A DNA stretch of 64,000 nt. Origin: Planctomycetota bacterium. Its GTDB lineage: Bacteria > Planctomycetota > GCA-002687715 > CAIWVZ01. The DNA lies in assembly GCA_044222185.1 (NCBI GenBank), contig JBGANV010000001.1, positions 1,728,001 through 1,792,000 on the forward strand, in the 5' to 3' direction. Below are positions 58,566-64,000 of the stretch, piece after piece (position 1 is the stretch's first letter; each line of letters opens with the position of its first letter). Position numbers and translations under genes: made by a program. The notes under the pieces were generated by a model. The model worked only from the letters and a program-made list of their open reading frames with translations. It ran no database searches and was not told the origin of the DNA.

Positions 58566-60182
58566 ATGGGAAAGGAAACGAGGACGCGTCTCTGGTTTGG
58601 GCTCGTGTGGCCCTGGCTCGCCGCCTGCGCGCTCGGGCAGATTCACGGCACCGATCCGGCGACGTCACGGCCCGAGCACCAGGTGCCGGGCGGAATCCAC
58701 CACCAGGTGATCACGGCGGAGCCCTCGTTGGAGGAGTGGCTCGGACCGACGGCGATCGGCCGTTTCCTGCGCAACGTGGCCGTATCGCTCGAGCCCAACG
58801 ACGGTGGTGCCCTCGCGATCGGTCTCGTGATCCTCCTCGTCGTCGCGTGCTCGTTCAGGCCGTTCCGGTTCGGATGGAACCTGCAGGCCCTCCTGCTGAT
58901 CGGGGTGGCGATCTGCTTCGCCGACCTCGTGCCGAGACAATTCGCACTCGACCGCGACGGCCAGCGTGGGGCCTTCACGCTCGCGTTCACGATCATCTAT
59001 GCCCTGACGGGGTTCTGGGCCCTGCGCGCGATCGCCGGAGCCTTCGGATCGGAGGCACGCGCGTGGTCGCCCACGCTGCCGACGGGCACGCTCGCGACGC
59101 TCGCGCTGCTCCTCGTCGGACTGAACGTCCTCATCGGCGTCGTGCGCGAGCCTGACGACTGCGGCGTCTACACGAACCTGGGGACGCAGCGCATGCTGGA
59201 AGCGGGGACGTTCCCGTACGGCGACGCCAGGCTGCGCGGCGGCGCGGCGGCGACGTACGGCCCCGTCCTCTACCTGTCCCACGCTCCACTGCGGATGCTC
59301 GGCGGCGCCATCAAGCAGTCGGCGGATGCCGATCCGAACTCCGCGTCCTATGAGCGGCCGCCCGTCTGGATCACGAAGGCCGTCTGCATCGCGTTCCACA
59401 TCGCTGGATTGTTCGCACTCTTCTTTGCGGCGCGGCGACTGGCCGGCGCGCCGACCGCGCTCGCGATCGTCTGTCTCTACGCGGGAAGCGCCTACGTCCT
59501 CGGCGTCGGGGGCGGACCCACGCGCATCGGCGGCATGGGTTACATCTCGCACATCGCACCGGCCGCGCTGACGCTCCTCGGATTCGTCGCGCTACGCTCC
59601 CCCGTCGCATGCGGCGCGCTGCTCGCGCTCGCGGCTGGGACCGTCTACTACCCCGCGTTCTTCTTCCCGCTTTGGTGGAGCTACCACCGCACGCGTGGCC
59701 GCGCGTTGCGGTTCACGCTGGGTTTCGTCGCGACGGGCGCGTTGCTCGGCGGCGCGGTCGTCGCGTTCACGCATACCGAGCCGGGTCAGAACGCCGTGTC
59801 CCTCTTCTTCCAGAGCACCCTCGAGCACCAGGAAGCGCCCGACCAGTACGGGTCGAGCCCGTTCAGCTTCTTCGGCGTGCATCCCGACCTCCGCAAGTCG
59901 TGGAACTCGCCCATCGCGTCCATCGGAAGCTCGTCGTTGCTGAAGCCCACGTTCCTGCTCGTCACCGCCGTCTCGCTGCTTGGGTTCCTCTTCGGGCGTC
60001 GTCGCAGGCCGGCACAGCTCGCGCTGCTCACGGCCGCCGTGGCCGCCACCGTCCAGTTGTGGAAGACGCATGCGACGGGCAGTTACGTCGAGTGGTACTA
60101 CCCGTTCCTCCTCCTCGGGCTCTTCGCCGACCGCGACGAGACGGCCGATCTCGCGCCGGGGAGCGATGCCGTCCCCGCCTGA
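58566..60182 (+). CDS. Polytopic membrane protein, GT-C (GT87-like) glycosyltransferase candidate
   Basis: Many TM helices; loop EPDDCGVY...FPYG...TYGPVLY; C-terminal YVEWYYPF. Confidence 0.6.
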   Translation: MGKETRTRLWFGLVWPWLAACALGQIHGTDPATSRPEHQVPGGIHHQVITAEPSLEEWLGPTAIGRFLRNVAVSLEPNDGGALAIGLVILLVVACSFRPFRFGWNLQALLLIGVAICFADLVPRQFALDRDGQRGAFTLAFTIIYALTGFWALRAIAGAFGSEARAWSPTLPTGTLATLALLLVGLNVLIGVVREPDDCGVYTNLGTQRMLEAGTFPYGDARLRGGAAATYGPVLYLSHAPLRMLGGAIKQSADADPNSASYERPPVWITKAVCIAFHIAGLFALFFAARRLAGAPTALAIVCLYAGSAYVLGVGGGPTRIGGMGYISHIAPAALTLLGFVALRSPVACGALLALAAGTVYYPAFFFPLWWSYHRTRGRALRFTLGFVATGALLGGAVVAFTHTEPGQNAVSLFFQSTLEHQEAPDQYGSSPFSFFGVHPDLRKSWNSPIASIGSSSLLKPTFLLVTAVSLLGFLFGRRRRPAQLALLTAAVAATVQLWKTHATGSYVEWYYPFLLLGLFADRDETADLAPGSDAVPA

Positions 60183-62181
60183 GTCGCAGACGTCGCCTGC
60201 GTCCTCGAAGCCGCGCGCGGTGCACGCGTCCTGGCGGTCGGTCGTCGCCGTGAGCGCAGTGGCTCACGGGCTCTGGTGGATCGTGGCCGTGTTCGGCGCG
60301 CGCCTCTGTCCCGAGCTCTTTGCACTCCGCCGCGACGCCACGAGTCTCTCGTTCACCGCCCGCTACGTGGTGGCACCGCTCTTCACGTCCCTCACGACGC
60401 TCGTGTGGATCGGGCCGGGCTTCCTCCTGGAACGAAGCCTCTGGCGTACGCGCGAGGCGACGCCACTCTTGGCCTTGCGCTCCGCCGGGTGCTCCGCGGC
60501 GATCTTCATGCTCCTCGCGAGCCTGACGAAGTGGATTCTTGGTGCGCCCGCGCCGGCCTTCGCCGAGATGGGCCTCATCACCGCCGTCACCGCCGCGATG
60601 CTGCTCCTTGCCCGCCGATCGACCGTGATGGCGGAGAGCGTGACGACGGCGGATCGCCGCGCGTTCCTGATCGCGGCAGCGCTCCAGGTCCTCGCCGCCG
60701 CGTGGCTCGCGCCAGCCGTCTTCGTACGGGAGCTGTCCAGCGACGGCATCGAGTCCCTCGAGATGGGGCTGTCCCTCGCCGAGTTCCACCTCCCGAGGAA
60801 TCCCTCGGAATCTGGCCTCGTCGGTGTGGGCGTCGGCATGATCGCACAGGCGTTCCCCGCCCACTTCTTCAGCTTGGTCCTCGGCCCGCTCGAGGCGGCG
60901 CCGAGGCTTCCGCTCCTCCTCTTCCTGCCGTTTCTTCACTTGGGCGTCGTGGGGTTGGCGGGGCGGGCGACGGCCGGGCGGCTGCCATCACTCGCGAATG
61001 CCGGAGTCGCTGCGGCACTCCTCTCGGTCGTCGCCGTGCTCGGGCTCAACGCGAGCTTCGATCCGTACTTCTCCGACCTCGCGTCTCCGGCCGCACTCGA
61101 CGCCATGACGCTGACGATGATCCTCGGGATCCTCGCCGCGAACGAGGAGAGGGATTGGCCCAGGCTCCTCTCGTTCGGCGCGCTGGCTCACTTCTGCCGG
61201 CCGTCGGGGATGTTGATCCTGCTGTTCCTCACGGCCGCGACGTTCCTCACGGCGCGCGGAGCGCGCATCCGCTCCTGTCTGCGGCTCGTTCTGGCCATCG
61301 CCGCATGCGCGATCCTGACGTGGCTGTACGAGCGCGTATACGTGCCGCGCGTCGGCGGCGGCCTGGGCCTCCCCGCGGGTTCCGTGCTCTCGCGTCTTCG
61401 CTACGTCTGCTTCACCGATTGGCGCCGACTCGCGTTCGTCGTCCTGCCCGCCGGCGTCGTCACCATCCCGGCCTTGTTCCTCCATCGCCGGATGGACGCG
61501 CCGACACGCGCGCTGGCCTGGGTTTCGCTGGCGTGGGTCGCGTTCTTCTACTTCCCAGGCAACTACGCGCCGCACCACTTCGCTCCGGCGATGGTCCTGC
61601 CCGTGATCGTCTACTGGCGGCTCGCGGCCGGCGCGGCCACGGCTGCGGTCCGAGCCCGTCTCGCCGCCATCGGAGTGATGGGCGCGCTCGCGGGGCTGTG
61701 GCTCTGCCTTCCCGCGCACGACTCGGTGCCACAGCCGTTCCGCGATGCCGGAGCCGCCGTGAGCGTGCCTGCGGGCGGGCCGCGGCTGGGGTCCGACCTC
61801 GCGCCGTTCGCCGTGCTGTCGTCCGTCGTGTCACCGCCGTGGTCGGGCGCCGACCCGCATGCGACGCTCGTCGGCTCGCCGCTGCAGGTCGCGCATTACG
61901 CACGGCTCCTTGGGCCACGACCCGACGACCCGTCGTGGACGTATCGGGTCCAGCGCAGCGACGCAGCCCGCGCGCCGGGGGCCGTCGTGCTCGAAGAACG
62001 GCCGCCGTGGGTGCTCCTCGCGCGGGATGCATCGGTCGTCCGTCCCGGAGCGGTCGGTCACCTCGCGACGGACTTCCAGCGACCGTGGCTCGTCGTTCCG
62101 CCAGAACGGCTCGTCCGCGGAATCCTGGAGAAGCGGCACGCCTACGACGTCGACATACGGGCCCTCGTTGGACGACGCTGA
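60166..62181 (+). CDS. Polytopic membrane protein, GT-C-like candidate
   Basis: Many TM helices; acidic loop ELSSDGIE; overlaps the upstream gene. Confidence 0.55.
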   Translation: MPSPPESQTSPASSKPRAVHASWRSVVAVSAVAHGLWWIVAVFGARLCPELFALRRDATSLSFTARYVVAPLFTSLTTLVWIGPGFLLERSLWRTREATPLLALRSAGCSAAIFMLLASLTKWILGAPAPAFAEMGLITAVTAAMLLLARRSTVMAESVTTADRRAFLIAAALQVLAAAWLAPAVFVRELSSDGIESLEMGLSLAEFHLPRNPSESGLVGVGVGMIAQAFPAHFFSLVLGPLEAAPRLPLLLFLPFLHLGVVGLAGRATAGRLPSLANAGVAAALLSVVAVLGLNASFDPYFSDLASPAALDAMTLTMILGILAANEERDWPRLLSFGALAHFCRPSGMLILLFLTAATFLTARGARIRSCLRLVLAIAACAILTWLYERVYVPRVGGGLGLPAGSVLSRLRYVCFTDWRRLAFVVLPAGVVTIPALFLHRRMDAPTRALAWVSLAWVAFFYFPGNYAPHHFAPAMVLPVIVYWRLAAGAATAAVRARLAAIGVMGALAGLWLCLPAHDSVPQPFRDAGAAVSVPAGGPRLGSDLAPFAVLSSVVSPPWSGADPHATLVGSPLQVAHYARLLGPRPDDPSWTYRVQRSDAARAPGAVVLEERPPWVLLARDASVVRPGAVGHLATDFQRPWLVVPPERLVRGILEKRHAYDVDIRALVGRR

Positions 62182-62184
62182 ACC

Positions 62185-62676
62185 ATGACTCATCTGCGCG
62201 CTCCCCTGCTCTGGCCGGTTCTCGCTGGCGGCGTCGCTGCCGCTGCGGGGTCGGTCTGGGTCGCCTGCAGTTTCACGCACAAGGCGTATGCGCTGGGCTA
62301 CCACGTGCCTCTCGCGTTCCTCACGACGGCCGTCCTCGTCGATTGCATCGTCCAGGCGCGATCGACGCGCCAACTCGGGATCTTCTGGGCGGGCGCCCTC
62401 GCCGCCGGACTGATCACGGGACGGATGATCCACGACTGGCCCTGGTCGGGGCACGGAATCCTGGGGGCGCTTTACGCCGCATCACCGCTGCGGCCGGGAT
62501 GGCGGATCCTCGGGGCCGCGACGATCATTCAGTCGGCGATCACGAAGTCCGTCCGCGGAGAACGGCCGCTCGATGCCCTCTGGGGCGCATGCGTCGGCGT
62601 GGCGCTTCACCTCGTTGCGGTCGTCGTCGACCGTCGCCGCACGGCGATCATCCCGAAGACCGGCGCGAAGCCGTGA
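62185..62676 (+). CDS. Small membrane protein
   Basis: Hydrophobic helices; WPWSGH motif reminiscent of PAP2-like proteins. Confidence 0.55.
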   Translation: MTHLRAPLLWPVLAGGVAAAAGSVWVACSFTHKAYALGYHVPLAFLTTAVLVDCIVQARSTRQLGIFWAGALAAGLITGRMIHDWPWSGHGILGALYAASPLRPGWRILGAATIIQSAITKSVRGERPLDALWGACVGVALHLVAVVVDRRRTAIIPKTGAKP

Positions 62677-63673
62677 GCGCGAACTGGACGCGCACGATCA
62701 CGAACGTCGCCGCGGAGTAGAAGTAATAGAGCCAATGCACGGGGATCGCTCGGAGCATGAACCACAGCCCCCGGCGCTTCAGGAAGAACGTGTAAAGGTC
62801 GGCATTCAACGCCAGGAGAAGGACCACGAGAGTCGCCAGCACGAGTCCCCCGGAACCGGCGGGCCACGCCCACCCGAGGGCGCACGTGATCGCCAGGCAG
62901 GCCGTGGCCGCGACGAGGAGCCCGACCAGTCCCGCCGAGATGCGGTGGTGCGGTCGCAGGTTCAAGTCCGGAGGAACGGACCCGCGCTCGAGCATCAGGC
63001 GCGTCCACGGTACGGCGCGCTTGAACACGTCGACGCGAATCATCTCCACGAGCGTCCAGGCCTTCAGGTGGCAGACCTGCAGCGATGGGTCGAGCTCGAT
63101 GACCATGTCGCGATCCGTCATGCGGTATCCAAGATCGATGTCCTCGACCGACGGCACGTCGAACCGCCGGGTATCGAACCCGCCGACCGACAGGAACGAC
63201 GACTTGCGAACCGCGCCGCAGCCCGCCCAGAACGTCATGGCCCGGCGGCGTGCGCCTTGGTGAATGAAGTGGTGGACGAGGTTCTTGTACTGCGCCGTGA
63301 ACGTTCGCGCGTGGGGCTCCTCGTCGTACGAGCCGAAGAGCGCGTCGGGTGCGTCGGGCTGCGCGAATCGGGCCGCCACGCGGCCGATCGTGTCGCGATG
63401 GATCACGACGTCGCTGTCGATGAACAAGACGACGTCGTTGCGCGCCGTTGCCACGCCGTCGTTGCGGCCGGCGCCGGGACCGCCGCGCACGGTGCGGCGC
63501 AGGAACTCGAAGCCGTATTCCGCGACGATCGGTTCGAGGGAACGCGGCGACTCGTCATCGACGACGATGATCTGGTCCGCTCCGGGCTCGGCATCCCGTA
63601 GCGCGTCGAGCGACAACCGGAGCTGCCCCTCGTTTCCGCGTGCGGGTACGACGACCGTCACCGGAACCTTCAT
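62648..63673 (-). CDS. Glycosyltransferase family 2 with C-terminal TM helices
   Basis: VVVPAR, VVDDES, GPGAGRN, FIDSD, EDIDLGYR. Confidence 0.9.
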   Translation of the reverse strand: MKVPVTVVVPARGNEGQLRLSLDALRDAEPGADQIIVVDDESPRSLEPIVAEYGFEFLRRTVRGGPGAGRNDGVATARNDVVLFIDSDVVIHRDTIGRVAARFAQPDAPDALFGSYDEEPHARTFTAQYKNLVHHFIHQGARRRAMTFWAGCGAVRKSSFLSVGGFDTRRFDVPSVEDIDLGYRMTDRDMVIELDPSLQVCHLKAWTLVEMIRVDVFKRAVPWTRLMLERGSVPPDLNLRPHHRISAGLVGLLVAATACLAITCALGWAWPAGSGGLVLATLVVLLLALNADLYTFFLKRRGLWFMLRAIPVHWLYYFYSAATFVIVRVQFALTASRRSSG

Positions 63674-64000
63674 GAGGATGCTCCGTTGGCAAGTGCGGAG
63701 CGGACGGCCCGCCCCGCACGCCGCACGGCGAGCCAGGCGCGCACCCACGAAGCATCCAGATCACCGCGATCTGCGAGGAAACCCAGGTAGAAGGCATCCA
63801 GTCGCGGAAGGCGCGCCGGTTCCATCCCGGGCCGAACCTCGGCCAATTCCGTCGTGAAGCAGCCCTCGTAGACGCGGATCGCCTCGTTGGCGACGCGGAC
63901 GTCCAACGCGCCGAACGGGTATGCAAACAGCGGCACCGGCGCGCCGATCTCCGCTTCGATTCGTTCGCGGGATCCGCGCAGCTCGGCGACGAGTTCGTCG
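63670..64000 (-). CDS. Polysaccharide deacetylase (NodB/CE4), 3' part only
   Basis: ELRGSRERIEAEIGAPVPLFAYPFG...LPRLD; runs off the window edge. Confidence 0.75.
   Translation of the reverse strand, partial: DELVAELRGSRERIEAEIGAPVPLFAYPFGALDVRVANEAIRVYEGCFTTELAEVRPGMEPARLPRLDAFYLGFLADRGDLDASWVRAWLAVRRAGRAVRSALANGASS

Overview
High-GC bacterial window, probably an uncultured Planctomycetota (inferred from the ECF/Ser-Thr kinase pair, FG-GAP-rich secretome and lpxB). Four blocks: (1) 1-27 kb, a cluster of large secreted proteins (FG-GAP, LamG, metallopeptidase, C25-like, beta-propeller) plus a kinase-FGE/ECF pair and two damaged genes; (2) 28.7-40.1 kb, an 11.3 kb element integrated in tRNA-Lys(UUU) with 43-bp att repeats, tyrosine integrase, Xis/AlpA, primase, DUF3987 helicase, TerS-like HTH, serine recombinase and an MmeI-like R-M cargo, with no capsid or conjugation genes; (3) 41-46 kb, core rpsB-tsf-pyrH-frr and lpxB; (4) 46-64 kb, an envelope glycan locus with two radical SAM enzymes, GT2/GT4/GT-C transferases and a deacetylase. 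Best candidates for novelty: a C-terminal domain shared by 11 secreted proteins of several unrelated families, 10 of which have Gln right after the predicted signal peptide (possible T9SS-like sorting signal), and an integrase whose C-terminus is swapped by its own integration. All family calls come from motif recognition by eye; no searches were run.
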